A stretch of DNA of 64,000 bases from Lophium mytilinum (GCA_010093605.1 MU004197.1:682001-746000), one strand, 5' to 3'. Numbered from the stretch's first letter, positions 13,840 to 26,700 are shown. Notes: generated from the letters alone by a model not told the origin. Numbers and translations: made by a program.

Positions 13840-15600
13840 GAGGTTGGGTCACGTTTTGACGGGCTGGCTGTTTGCTGGATGGGCTACTCCTCACAGCGGT
13901 GCTGTACCTGCAAAGCTAAATATCGAGCTATGGTATATCCGCATGTCTGGATCTACGGCCTATTCCTATAGGGATTTTCAGTTGCACAGATTGGTATAGT
14001 GGGAATCGGGGTCGCTCTTGGTCGGGGAATTGCCTGCTGGCTTGGCCACCTCTAACGGTGGTGTTGAGCGGGCAAGCTATATGTCCAAGCAGTGTGGTAG
14101 AAGGGCTTGCAGCTGAGGGGTTCAAAAAGTCGAGAATAATACAATATTAAGATTGAAGTAGCGGATATTAGGCTAGTCTTTTACTAGATAACTACCGGTT
14201 GACCGGGCCACTCCTCACGGTGGTATTACGAGAGCAAGTGGGAAGTCTTGATGTTATATACTGGGGAAGCGGCGCAATACGTTTCGAAACTCCACGCTCT
14301 ACATGACGTTACGGCTGGGGAAGGGGAAATGGAACTACCCTTTGACCGTGTGGAGACGCGTGTGTTAAGCCACTTCTTACAGCGATATTGAATGAGCAAA
14401 GGCTGAGATATAGAGACCCGAAGTAGAGCCCGAGTGCTAGCACGTCCTAAATTAAGATGTAAAGGTTCATACAACAGGAATTAGGCTGCCTTTTAAGTAG
14501 CTTGCGATGTGATGGCCGAGCCACTCCTTACAGCGTTACTACTCAGCCAAAAGCGAAATTTGAGTAACGAAATATCCGTGTAATCAATGTCAGAAGCTTT
14601 TTATGTCATGTTCACGCCGAGATAGTGGAGATTGGATAGCCTCTTGGCAGCCGCAAGACATGCTGGTTGGGCCGTTCCTTACGGTGGTATGAAAAGAGCA
14701 AGAGCAAAGCTTAGGGAGTATGATATCTGCGTATTGGGTATATCAAGCTACGAAGACGATGTAACAGCTAAGGCAATGACAATTGGGCTACCTTCTAACC
14801 TAGCGGCAACACACTTGCCAGGCCGCTCCTAGCAGTGGTGTAAAAGAGGCCGGAGAACTGCTTAGACGCGCTCAATTATTACCGGTAGATTCTCAACTCT
14901 CTATATACAATGTGAAGGCCAACACATCATATATTAGACTACCATTTGACTAGCCTGTGCCCTACTAGCCAAGGCGCTCCGTACGGTGGCGCATAGGAAG
15001 CAAGACTGAAGCTGAAGCAGGGCAATATCCTCTTCACGCGCTAAAGATTATTAAAATAAGGACGTTTGAGTATGTAAAGGTTGAAGCGTCACATATTAGA
15101 CTACCTTTTGACTAGCCAGAAACCTACCAGCTGAAACACTCCTTACGGTGGCGTCTGAGGAGCAAGACGGAGGTCTAAGTAGTGCAATATTCTATCCATA
15201 TGCATAGGGTTACAAAGATCACCTCCTTGAAGCATGTGCTCCTTGAAGCGGTGTTTATTAGGCTACTCTTCAACCACCCGGTAACCTACTAGCCAGGGCC
15301 CTCCTGACGGTGGCATCGAAGAAGCAATATGGAAGCTGAAGCAGAGTAATATGGTATCTCATGCTTGAGGCTATTAAAATCACCTCCTTTAGACATGCAT
15401 ATGTTGTCGAGGTGAAAATTGCACTACCTTTTGACCGCTTTACTGTCTACTAACTAGAACCCTCCTTGCAGCGGTACTAGATGAGCAAGAAGGAAGCCTA
15501 AGCAGTAGGATATCCGACGTCACTCGTCACAGCTTCATTTAAGTCTTGAATCTATGTAGCATGTTTGAGAGACTTCATATTGAATCAAACGTCATGAACA
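13840..15600. repeat. Degenerate tandem array, ~11 units of 150-164 bp
   Basis: An anchor like GGCCACTCCTYACRGYGG sits at ~13881, 14043, 14205, 14367, 14518, 14669, 14820, 14971, 15134, 15295 and 15457. A second anchor, ATATTAGACTACC-like, is in phase. Confidence 0.85.
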
Positions 15601-15732
15601 GTTCCATTGCATGATACCAGACCGAAGCGCTACAGATGCCGTAACTCGCTGCCAAACATCACCAATCTACCCTCCAGTCTATACTCCCAGAGCCGACAGA
15701 AGAGAAAACACTACAACAAGACCTATAAGCAT

Positions 15733-16511
15733 CTACTCCATCTCCGTATCCAGTAACCACTCCGCGTACTCCTCTTCCGTCAGAACAAACTCCATCTCCT
15801 CATCTTCTTCCCCCTCCTCGTCCCCCTCCGCCTCCGCCAACGCGCGCTCAAACTCCTCCTCTCCCTCTTCTTCCAACAACGCCGCGTACGCATCTTCCAA
15901 CGCCAAGCACGCGCCGACGAACTCCGCCACAGTCACGTTGCCCCGGATGATTTGGCCCGGAAGCACCTCCCAGTCCCGCACGATCTTGTACACGGTGACG
16001 GTGTCCAGGTCCACGCGGGACAGGCGCTGGGGCTCCTCGACCTGCCATCCGGCCTCCCAAAACGCCTCGAAATCCGTCTGAACCACCGTGCCGGCCAGGT
16101 GAAAGGCGAAAACGACCTGGCAGCGGTCGTGTGGGCAGTACTGCGTGATGAGAACCTGATAATTGGCGTCCGGATCGCCTTCGGGGACCACGCGGAGGGG
16201 AGCGTCGGGGGTGGCGGGCGTGGCGACGAGGTCGGGAAAGAGGCCGGGAATCCGGCACTCGCAGGGGATGCGCTCGTCGTCCTTGTCGGGGTAGAAGCTA
16301 CCCTCTGCGCGGCGGGGGCTGGGGACGGGGGGTGCTTGGAGCCACAATTGCTCCCGGATGAGGGCCATTTGGGCTAGGGGAGTTAGTTTCATGAGGTAGA
16401 AGGTGAGGGGAGAGGGTATGGCTTACCTTGGGTGACGGAGAGGGCCTGCGGAGCGTCAACGAATGAGTCGTTGGAGGCGGTGCTGCTCGGGGAACCCGTT
16501 GGCGACGGCAT
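15733..16511 (-). CDS. Orphan hypothetical protein (~241 aa) with a highly acidic C-terminal tail
   Basis: Exon 16427-16511 (MPSPTGSPSS...) joins in frame to ORF 15733-16392 via intron 16374-16426 (GTAAGC..CTAAC..TAG). Coding-like codon bias. Confidence 0.75.
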
Positions 16512-17531
16512 CTTGGAGCTCTTGATGGTGCGAGGTGTCGTGGAAGAAGGGTGGTGGTTTGGCTGCGATTGGAACGGAGGAGGCGGAGGGTTGGAGATGA
16601 CAAGTGAGATGGTACAAGGTACTCTGACGACAGTCGAAATTGGTCGTATTGGGCTCGAAGCTTGAGATTGCTTAGGCGCCGTCGAAGGTATGGTGGATGA
16701 TTCTCTTGCACGCAAAGGAAGGCTGGCTGTTGTACAGGAGAGAGTGTTGTGGATTGGAGGTGACGTGGCAGCGAGGAAATCGGGGGGAGAAGTCTTCTTA
16801 TACTTCGCCACCACCTCACTTGCGACATCCCCAACGCCGAAGGTACCCCTTATTTCCGCATCCCAAGAAGCCTTCCATACCCGCACATATCCCCGCAATT
16901 ACTCAGTCACGCCCTCCTGATTCCCAACGCCCTTACCAATGCTGGCCTTGGCGACACCCACTGCTGCGACGCGTCTCGCACGTGTGAATCTGGCGCCTTT
17001 AGATTGATGCCGTGAGTGAGGGAGGGCAAAGATCAACTCCGTGAGTTTCGCTGGCTGCAGGAGGATTGGGCTTGGTGAAGGGCTCTCGGACGATTCCGTA
17101 TTGCCCACAACAGTTTTGCTGTCAATGACATTGTGATTTGCAGCTGCTACGCGTGCATTGACTGCTGCGCTGGTGGCAGTCTGGATGGGCTTTTAGCTGA
17201 CTGTGACCTATGGCAGCAAGGTGATATTTTGCTGGAGAAGCGCGAGGCCGGCAATGTTGTGGGCAAGGCCTGGAGGAGCGCGGCAGGACAAAACACCACG
17301 AAAACGCGTCGCAGCGCATAAAACACATGCTGCAGGTATGAGCGAGCGCGTTGAATGCCTGTCATGTGCATCATAGAGTATATAGCCGGCTTCATGCCCT
17401 CGCGCAAGCAGCCGAGCTGCTGAGATCTGCCCGCAGAGGCTTCCAACGTGCTGTGAAAACGTCAACAACGCCCCCAGCAAGCAGCAAAGCCCTTCATAGG
17501 CGCTCTGCGCGTAGATAGAACTTCAAAAAAG

Positions 17532-17732
17532 AAAAAAAGGCAAAAGAGTATCCCCCGCACCAGCAACACTATTGAAGAGTGAACCTGGTGCGGAGACTAA
17601 TCTCTTCGCCATATACTTTACCTTGCCGTTGCCGTGCCAGGAATCGAACAGGGGGAGGGGAGACGTACCTTGTGTGTCAAACTCCGCGGGATTCGAGTAA
17701 TCCTACCACCCCGCCATCCCGCGGAGTTTGAT
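17532..17732 (-). ncRNA. Candidate Pol III-transcribed structured ncRNA of unknown class
   Basis: TATATATTT at 17763-17755; predicted start A at 17732; A-box-like TGGCGGGGTGG 17716-17706; B-box GTTCGATTCC 17649-17640; perfect 16-bp 5' stem; 3' stem with G-U pairs; T4, T7 and T6 runs between 17545 and 17525. Confidence 0.65.
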
Positions 17733-20700
17733 GAAATGCCGCCAAAATAAAATGAAATATATACACTACTCAGGGTAGGATACATATCTCACCACTTTGC
17801 TGGAGGATGTTCCCGGGCATAGGAGCGAGCGTAAGCCAGGTATGTATGCGCAAATACTTTTGTTTGGAATGCGGGCCACGTGGTGAGGCAATCGCTTCGT
17901 GAGGTTTTTCGGGCGGGGGATTTTTGGGTTTGTCGAAGACAGCACCCCACACCTTTGACAGACTCGCAACGCCATGAGGTCTTCAGACATTGCTTGGTCC
18001 TATGCGCATGGCTACGTAGGGCTTGTCGTGATCTATAATGGTGTTGAGGGTTGCTGAGGCTGGCCGGGATCGGGGATGCTAAGCGGGGGGGATTTTCCAT
18101 ACAACGACGCCATAGGCACCACCGGCAGCCTAGTAGAAGGAGGTGACAGCAGGAGAGTTCCAGAATAGATCAGTCATTCTTTCTTTAGAGTTAGCGATGC
18201 ACGTCTGATGCTTTCTGATACTTTTTTATGGATGCCATGTGGTGGCTAAAGACCCGGCATCCCCGCACCGCAATTTGGTGGTCAAGGACATTTTCCGCAC
18301 AAACCGAAGAGAGCGACTACTCATAAGTTTGAATGCTTCTTTTTTCCTATGTCAAGTAAGCTTCGAATCATGTTGGCATGGTTGCACACGGTATTGAGCC
18401 TGGTGGCCACTTTGGTGTCGTAAACTCAACATCCCCGACGAGGATTCACCAGGGCGGTAGCATAGGAGCCCACAGTAAGGAAAGCAGTCTCTGCCACTAC
18501 GGGGGCTTTGCCTCTTCGTCATGCAATACAGCCTCGATGAAGATGGGGATGGAACTGGACGTCCTGAGGACGTTCGACGTTCGACGTTGGCAGCGTGGGG
18601 GTGGGAACCGAGTACGAGCTCAGGGGCTAATCCCAAAGGGTGGTGACGCCGGATGTTTGCGGGTAGAACCATGGAACTATGACTTGTTAGTAAGCCCTCT
18701 ATCTCAACTTCATCAAACATCTGAGAAAGTTCAAAGAAATGATTGCAGCTTGTAAGGAGATGTACGAGCTCAGCCAGTTAGCGGTATGGGTGTTACACCA
18801 TGGCGAAGATAGACTGCACACCCGTGCCGATATCTCAGGCACCCGCCACTTCAAACCCGACTTTGATCTTGGTCTCGTTACTTGGACGATGCTAGTGGGG
18901 AGTAAGGCACCACCCAAATTGAGGACCCTGAAGAGTGCCATGCAATGATAGCGGGGAAGATGGAGCTTGAGCCCTCACTTGCGCTGCACAGGGAAAGGAG
19001 GAGAAGGAGCGAAGCATTTACTCACCACATATCCGGCTTGCACTTACCAGTTGGATTCCTCTGAGAAAGAAAATGGGAAACGAGGCGGAGTAGGCCACCA
19101 TCGGCGGCTCCAGTGTGCAGAGGCATCAAAGTAACGGGCCTGAGAAATCTACCACGCGAATTAGCCACTGGTTCAAGCTCGCCAATTGAGTTTGAACTGC
19201 GCTCATCATGTGAACACGTGTAACGACTAGACATCTACGCAACCCATAACATCCAAGCACGGTGCATTTGCGCCTCTGCTGATCTGGTGCCTCCGAAACT
19301 TTTGCTTGTAGTCGAAAGGCTGGTCCTTCTTCATGGCCCTTCTTCATGGACCCCTTTCCAATGGACTCCGCTCATTCGTACATGACAAGAAAGAATGAAA
19401 AGATGTAGCACCCAGGTAACCAGCCGGCTTTCGACATAAGGCTCGGAAATCAATCCTACTAGCCCAGACAAGGTGCGTCTTGGAAGTATTTCATCTGGAC
19501 AAGGAAAGATGGAACCCTCCTGGTAATTGCCGCGACCGCGGTGAGAAGCAGTGGTCTGCAGACCGTGCGCACCGATGATGCTTTCCCCTCGCTATGCTTA
19601 TTCTTGCCGTCCTTAGTTCAGAGAATGCTATGAGGAAGCAATCTCAATGAGAAAAGGGTGGCGGAAGGGCAGGTTTCCGATGAACTGGATTAAGACGCGA
19701 TGTTGTAAAACGAACTTACCGAGTGTTTGGATGCCATATACAAATGCTGGTCAAACAGCCTCATGAACTATCAGTATCCTATCAATTCGTTAGCTACTAT
19801 TCCACGACTCTCAGCCATGCGAATTAGGGAGAGATCGAAGACATGTAACGCCCAGAAAACCACACTGCTTTAGATAACTGGTTGCAGCGGACAGTCCCAC
19901 TGGCCCGTTGGCCGGGGAGAGTTGGAACTAATCTGGAATTTCAGCGACGAGAGCGGAGCCACGGTTCGCCTACCTACTCGAGGTGGGACCTAGGTCACAT
20001 CTCTGTCACCTTGGTTTTCTCTGGCCTTCCTTTCGAGAAATCTGCTATCAGGAAGCAGTTTCAGTTGAATGAAGGCTATTGGAATCTCTGTTTTGGGGAA
20101 GGTGATACGCGTTACTAGTGCAATTTCAAAGAAAGGAGCTTACTGGAATTCCGATGGCAGACCGCATTACAGCGATGCTCCTCGAAGGTACTTCTTGATG
20201 CTCAGAACCCTATCAACTTGTTAGCCTCTGTTCCAATCTCGTCATAATAACTTCATCTCGTCATGAGAACTTCAACCGCAATGAACCAAAGAGAAAAATC
20301 TGTAACGCGTCGGTACCATGCCACATAGCGCCTTACCATGGCGTGGCGCAAGGCTCCACGGCCCAAGCCGGTGCGTGCTGCGAGGTCTACCTAAATAGGA
20401 GATCCTCACACTTTGCCTCGACACATCAACGGACAGCACCTTCAGGGACTGACCCCTACTACGGTGTTCCGACTTGGACTGGACCTCGGTAACACCTCAA
20501 GCGACACCGAAGGCGATGAGATGGTGACTCTGCTCAACGCAAAGGCAGAGTCTGCACGCTACCATCTATATGCTCAGAATTCTGATCGCCTTCTTTGATC
20601 TTGCCTTTGTTGAAAGCAGAGAATGCTATGAGGAAGCGAGCTCTGTTACCATAAGGCGACTGCGGGAGCTCCTGGAATGAGGATTTCGAAGTGAAAAGAG

Positions 20701-23700
20701 AAGACGGAGACTCACTACTTTAGTCGGCATCGATGCTGATTGAAGAGAGCTTGCGAACCATCCACATGCCATCGGCTCGTTAGCCTCTGTTTCGATTTTC
20801 GTGCTGAGAGCTTCAGCAATGATAAAATAGAGAAGATTGTTTGTTTGCCGCTGAAAATCCCTATGGTAGTTCTACGAGTTTGGAGATTATTAGGAGCCTA
20901 TGATTCATTAGCAAGGGTCCATTCTGAAAGGTTTTAAGACATGTAGGATTTCGGGGACACAGGAAGGTGTGTAAGTCCAGCTCGTACCTAACGCCATACA
21001 GGATACACAACGCCGACTCCGAAGAGCACGATGTCGAGATCATGACACAGGAGCTTGAAGCATGATTCCGTGTTCACGTTGATGTAGGCCTTTGAAAACA
21101 GCTCATCTTCTCTTTTTCGGATCATGACTTACACTCTGTCATGCTCCGGCTTAGGGCAGCCGCTGGGGTTCGAGGGGTAGGGAATGGTGAGAGTAGGACT
21201 TACCAAAAGGTCTACTTATTGCCATCGTGATTATACTGTTAGACTCTGAAGCCGTTGGAGGCAGAGACGGTAGTGGAGGGATGTAGTTCTGCTTGGCGCC
21301 CATTGCTATATGGAACAAACGCCAGTCACTCAAAAGAGCGCGGGTTCAGTATCCCAGCAAGAGGCAGATAGCGAGAACCAGCGTATGCATTGATCTTGGC
21401 CGCCGGTGAGAGACCAGTGATAAAGACTTGATCAAGATCCGTATCGAAGCGGCCGTTCAGGGGTTCGTGGACGAGGTCGTGCCTCGTCGTAAGAAGCTGT
21501 TAGGGAAGGACATAGTCTGTGCGGATATCGAAGTTGAACATACTTGAGTATCTCCAAGACGCTAGCGTCGGCTTCGGGTTGGAGGAGGGCGTGTCAGTTT
21601 GAGGGTAAATGGGAAAGACATGTATCCCATGCATTGCGCACACATGGTTAGATAGAGTCCCTCTACATGGTTTGAGCGACTGCTGTACCATAGGCGGTAA
21701 CACCAGCCACTCCGAAGAGTGCCGAATACGCCTCTAGTACGTAGCCCTCTTGCAAGGACTCGCTTTCGCGTTGAACTTCGCCGCTTTGTAAGACATCTGA
21801 TAAAACTTTATCAGGATCCTTGTTCTGGGCGGTTGAGATGTTTTGGGTTGTAGCGTATCATGTGTATACGATATGGACGGAACTTCCTCGAAGCCCGAGA
21901 TATACGATTCGAGATCTGGGGAGGAGGGAAGGATGAGGTGCAAGAGACGGGTGCCTAGCTTGCGATGGTGTTTCTTGGAAGACTATGCAGCGGTCAGCAC
22001 GTCGATATCATGGTCTAACACAAGAAACATACTTGATCAACGGCAGAGTCTTTGGCTGACTGGGAACGTCGATGACCATGGTCGATTCTACATGGCTCAG
22101 ACGCGCAGTGATGCTGGATCCTCTTACGCCCTGAGTTCGTGCGCTGCCATAGGACAGACACACACGACGAATGCCCAGGGGTTTGGGGCGAGGAGGTCAG
22201 ATTAACGGAGTCGAATGATGTAGAAACTTGCTTGACCTCTGAACAGGTGAGTTTGACGGCATGCTCAAGTTGTACTGAAAAACTAACGAAGTTGTTAGCC
22301 AATATTTCTTTTCTTTGGAAGACCAAGTGGAAGGGATGAGGGAAGATATGGCGAGTGGTAGCTGTTACAAACGTCCCTGACTGCTGATGCGACTAATGCA
22401 GACACAAAACCCTACGTTGCTAGATTCATGTTGCCCTCATCGTCACGGGCTATCGTGGAAACAGACAGCCCATGTGTGTGTAGCAGTCGCGCTGTTGTGC
22501 GTGCGATAGCGATGGAAGCTTAAGCCGACAGAGTTGCCAAAGATCGAAGAAAATGAGACAAGTATGAAAGCTGTGATGAAGTTGAATGAATGCTCACTTG
22601 TCAGAGTAATGCGAAAGTACTCTTTGTTGTGTGCATGCCACGGATCAATTTCAGTCGATGCCCGTGGCTGCGGATGTCCAAAGCACTGGCATCCGCCCTT
22701 TGACGTCAAAACAGGAGAGCGCATATGAAGCACTTCGATAGAATAGAGAGATGCGAAGACCAAGCTGGTGGATCTAGACGTCCTGCTAGACTGCCGGTGA
22801 GTCTTCGTTCCAGGTCGAGGGGCGACAGGATAGCGGCACAAGCTGGGCAGGTTCAGTTTGAGTGAGAGATGAGTAGGAGACCGTGCAGCTGAGTCTACAG
22901 ACTGTAGTTAGTACCATAGAGTCGCGAGTATGGTGTGCGATAGATTCATGGAGTGAGAACGACGTTTGAGTCCGCGGGAGACTGCCGTCGGTGTGAGAGC
23001 AGTGACGGGCATCTGGGGCTCTGAGAAAAGAAGGAAGAGAAGGAGGAAGCCTCGCAGCAGTGAACATGATTAAGGAGAGCCTCTCGCGAGTTGTAAGAGA
23101 GTAGACAGAGTTTGGGTGAAGATGGAGAGTGTGGTGTGGAAGTGTCGCGGGTGGGTTTGTTATGGGGGGAGAAAGTAGAGCGGGCAAGCGAGGGATCTTC
23201 ATCGCCCACGAGCCTGGAGGCGACTGTTGCCGTGGGAGCTGGGGCAGGGAGTTAGTTTAACGGGCGGTGGAAAGCACATATTGTTTATAGACTGCAGGCG
23301 GATTGATGGGGCGTATATCATAGTTCTATAGACACGTATTTCCTATATATCTTGCGGCTGCAAGAGCTGTAGGAGATGGGCGCTCAGGAAAGATAGAGGC
23401 TCTCATTTTCTTGCGCATTTTTTCTATCTTGCAAGTCCATCTGCGCGGGAAGCTTGTAGATAGTTGCCGCCAAATGCCTTCTTCGGCGCGCCTCTCGCAG
23501 GGCATTCCCCGGAGCCACATTTCCAATTAGAACCCGAGACGTGCAGCCTCATCATTTTTAGGAGATAGGAAGGCTTCGCAAGCAGCTCACCCATTTCATC
23601 TGGGCCCGTTGTGTTGGTGGAGCCCAGAAGTCGTCCCGCGGACTTTGGTTGCTGGCCCAAGCATTCTTCATGCCACCTCCACCAACACCACAAACTTCAA

Positions 23701-26700
23701 CACACTCATGATTACGCACGCCCGTATACGTCAGGGGGATCTAGACGCCGCGGTTGTCAGCTAATCCATACCAAAATTTCGTGCGCAGGAAACATTGGGT
23801 GCGGGAGCCCATGCGGGACAATTTTGATATCAAACCCTCCGCGACCACACACTCCGAAGCCGCGCAACCTCCCGAACATCCTATACACGCCTGGCAACTC
23901 TTGAACAATCTCCTAGGGCTGGAAACTCTCTTATAGAATGGACAGCATCGGGGTGCGCGCTGCCGTTTGGCTACACAACTGGATGGAACGAGCCGGACGG
24001 CAGATCGCATCTTGGACACAATCTTTCTGGAAAACGACGAAGCGCTTTTGCATCACGCTGTATTGCGGCCTCTGAGGGACTTGCAGCTGCTCCTACACTT
24101 CCCCGATTCTTCCTTCATCTGTCCGGGGCGGGGCCAGCGCGCTGTGGGCATGCGACAAACAAGGTATGAACAGCCTTTTCGAGGAGGAGATACGTACAGA
24201 GGCGGACGGCAAACCTTCTGAAGAGCACTGCAGAGCGCTACGCATATCAAGAGATTCAGGGGGTGCGCCGCAAGTGTTTTGTCGGGTTTCTTTCGTGGCC
24301 GACCTCCTCGATTTCTCGAAGGCCCAAAAGCCTCTACCCCGAAGATCACCGCTTGCGACAGCTCCCAATTTCCCTTCGAGCAGGATTGCGGGCTTGCTAG
24401 CTCTAATCTCTACCCGGCGAGAGCTGCATACACCAACAAAGGCCCGAAGGGCATGCGTGTTGGGTCAAAAATGGAAATTTGGAACACTCGACCGGGACGC
24501 AGCAACATCCGCTATCTTCAATACCCTATCAAGTCCGCCACTCTTGCAAGCTCACGGACTAAATCACAGCCCTCGTCGTAGCGAAGGCTTCCGATTCAAC
24601 TGGCGTTGAGTCCTAGAAGCATCGTCGACAACAACCATGAAAAGGAAGACGATTCGGCCGCGCTGCACAACTGGCAAACATGGCTACCTACCGGAGCAAG
24701 CAGGGCAGACAGAACGATGACAACAAGTTCGGAATGAGACGACAAAGACTGCTGGCGTTGGGAACAATTGATGACATTATCGTACAAAAAAGCCCGGGCT
24801 GACGGCGAAGACCAAGCGGGCTCGCCCTCAACTCTTCTCAGGGGGCGCCCACAGGCACAAACGCTGGAAGCTCTACAGGAGTAAGTCAGCGACGGTCTGA
24901 AACACCCAAATTCGTGGCCAAGTCAATGGAGATAGTATGCTAACGAAAAGTTTCTTGAACAGCGTAGAACACACCCCTTGACCCTTACCTTCAACAGATT
25001 GCCTCAGAGAAACCACCCATGCGCCCGTGAGTACTGCGACGACGCGGTCGATACCTCATCAGCCCAAAACGTTGGGCGCCTTTCTCGAAACGAAACGACT
25101 CCGCCTTCGGCACCTACTACTCGCCCTCCTTCCTCTACACACAAACACAAGCACGCTCGAGGAACGGCGAGACGTCAGAGCGGCAGTCCTCTCTCTACCT
25201 TGCGAGGTCTGAAAGCGGGTGGAATGGATACATAATGGGATACTAGGAGCTGGGAGGAAGTAGGGGATAACCATTGGCTTTCGTGATGAGAAGTGATAAA
25301 TTGTTGGACACTCAGGGGTAGAGGCGGCTCTATGGTCATTAGTGGCCGGCCTACAATGCACAGCGCTTACCGGGCGGAGTCTGGAATGCAGGAATGATGT
25401 AATTGGAAGCTGCACATCCAAGAAGGAGGCCAGGGGTTGTCTCAATATGGCTGAGCGGCGGTTGCTAGAGCCCCTGAGTTACCCCCTTTTCAGGCTGCGA
25501 GACTCAGATTCTCAATATATGCTCTTCCTTGCCAGATCTGCTTTGCGCGAGGGTTCTGTTATATTCCGGAGAAGGAAAAGCTTGCATTGCCCTTGGTGGA
25601 ATTGGTGGCTGGTAGAGAATTGGATTTTTCTCAACCACGTCCACAGAATCTTACCCCTGAGTGCGTGGCTGTAGATTCTTCGTATCTCGAAGCTCATCGC
25701 TCAAGTCGTAGATGTGACTTTCCTACAGAATGGCGCAAATGCGATCAATTTGGAGTAGACCGCTTGCGGGCACTATGCTATGCACATTGGAAATGTTCAG
25801 AGGCACGCAATTGAACAGCAACCACTTGCCAGAACTGCCCCTTTTCCGGGCCCTAGACTCCCTAGAACCGTACTATACGGCCCCGACAGCAGATCTGCTC
25901 TGCCGCCGTAGTTGTGCCCATAATGTTGCTGGAAAGCTCGCGGGGGAGGCTGTGGCCGCAACACCAAGCCGCGGCATCTTCGATCTCGAGATGGGCGTCT
26001 CCCGAGCACATCACACGCCGCAGGCCACAACCACTTGCTGAAGACCTACAATTGCCTGGCAGGAGCATCTTTAGAGCTCAATGAAGCTTGCCCTCCACTA
26101 GAAACCTACCTCGGGCGTGGGCTTGGGTCCGCAACCGCGCTGAAGACGCGGGCGTGTGACGCTGCCACTCCGCACAGAATGACAGCCTCACCGCTCCTTG
26201 CGCTTGATAACAGTGCGACAGTGACGTCCTATAGCATATCTGCCGGCGGGAGCATCCTGCACGCTCCAGACATCATCAGTAGACACCTTCTGCGTGCTCC
26301 TCGCGCTGTGGACACCTCTCTGAGGCCTCTGTGTCTCTGAAAAATGCCCCAATTGAGCTCGGCCTCAGTTCTCCAGCCTGCCATCACTCCAGCTGCAGTC
26401 TAGCAGACAGATTGATACATGCAAGCCTTCGTAGCTACTCAGCATGCTGCCGGCGCCCCAGGGCCTCTCACTGCCCCTCCCACCGCTCCTGCCGTCTTTA
26501 GCTGCCCCAGGACCTGCCCGTTATACTGTCCCACTCACCCCCTGCTCACGAGAGCACAAGCCACACGTTCTCAACCGTGGGCGGGGCCAGGTACCCATGC
26601 TAGCCCCCGCCGTTAGCGTATACAGCCTCAAAGAATGTTGAAGAGGCTCGCGGCGAGTGAGCTCGACACCGGCAGTGGCTCCTGTGCAACACCCCCACCG

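Noticed and set aside
17611..17625. U1 snRNA-like 5' end (ATACTTTACCT) on the + strand
   Set aside because: It has an extra T, and no U1 stem-loops or Sm site are recognisable downstream.
17630..17650. tRNA-like 3' end (GTTCGATTCCTGGCACGGCA, minus strand)
   Set aside because: There is no T-stem pairing, acceptor partner or anticodon arm; I read it as the B-box of a non-tRNA Pol III unit.
17677..17731. Helitron 3' hairpin or MITE terminal inverted repeat
   Set aside because: No CTRR terminus nearby and no target-site duplication; the Pol III signals explain it better.
18378..18948. Two adjacent ORFs with a GTAAGC site between them
   Set aside because: Splicing to the next CAG does not join the frames, and no recognisable protein results.
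23611..24609. Cluster of short + strand ORFs
   Set aside because: No recognisable motif or consistent splice model; a pseudogene cannot be excluded.
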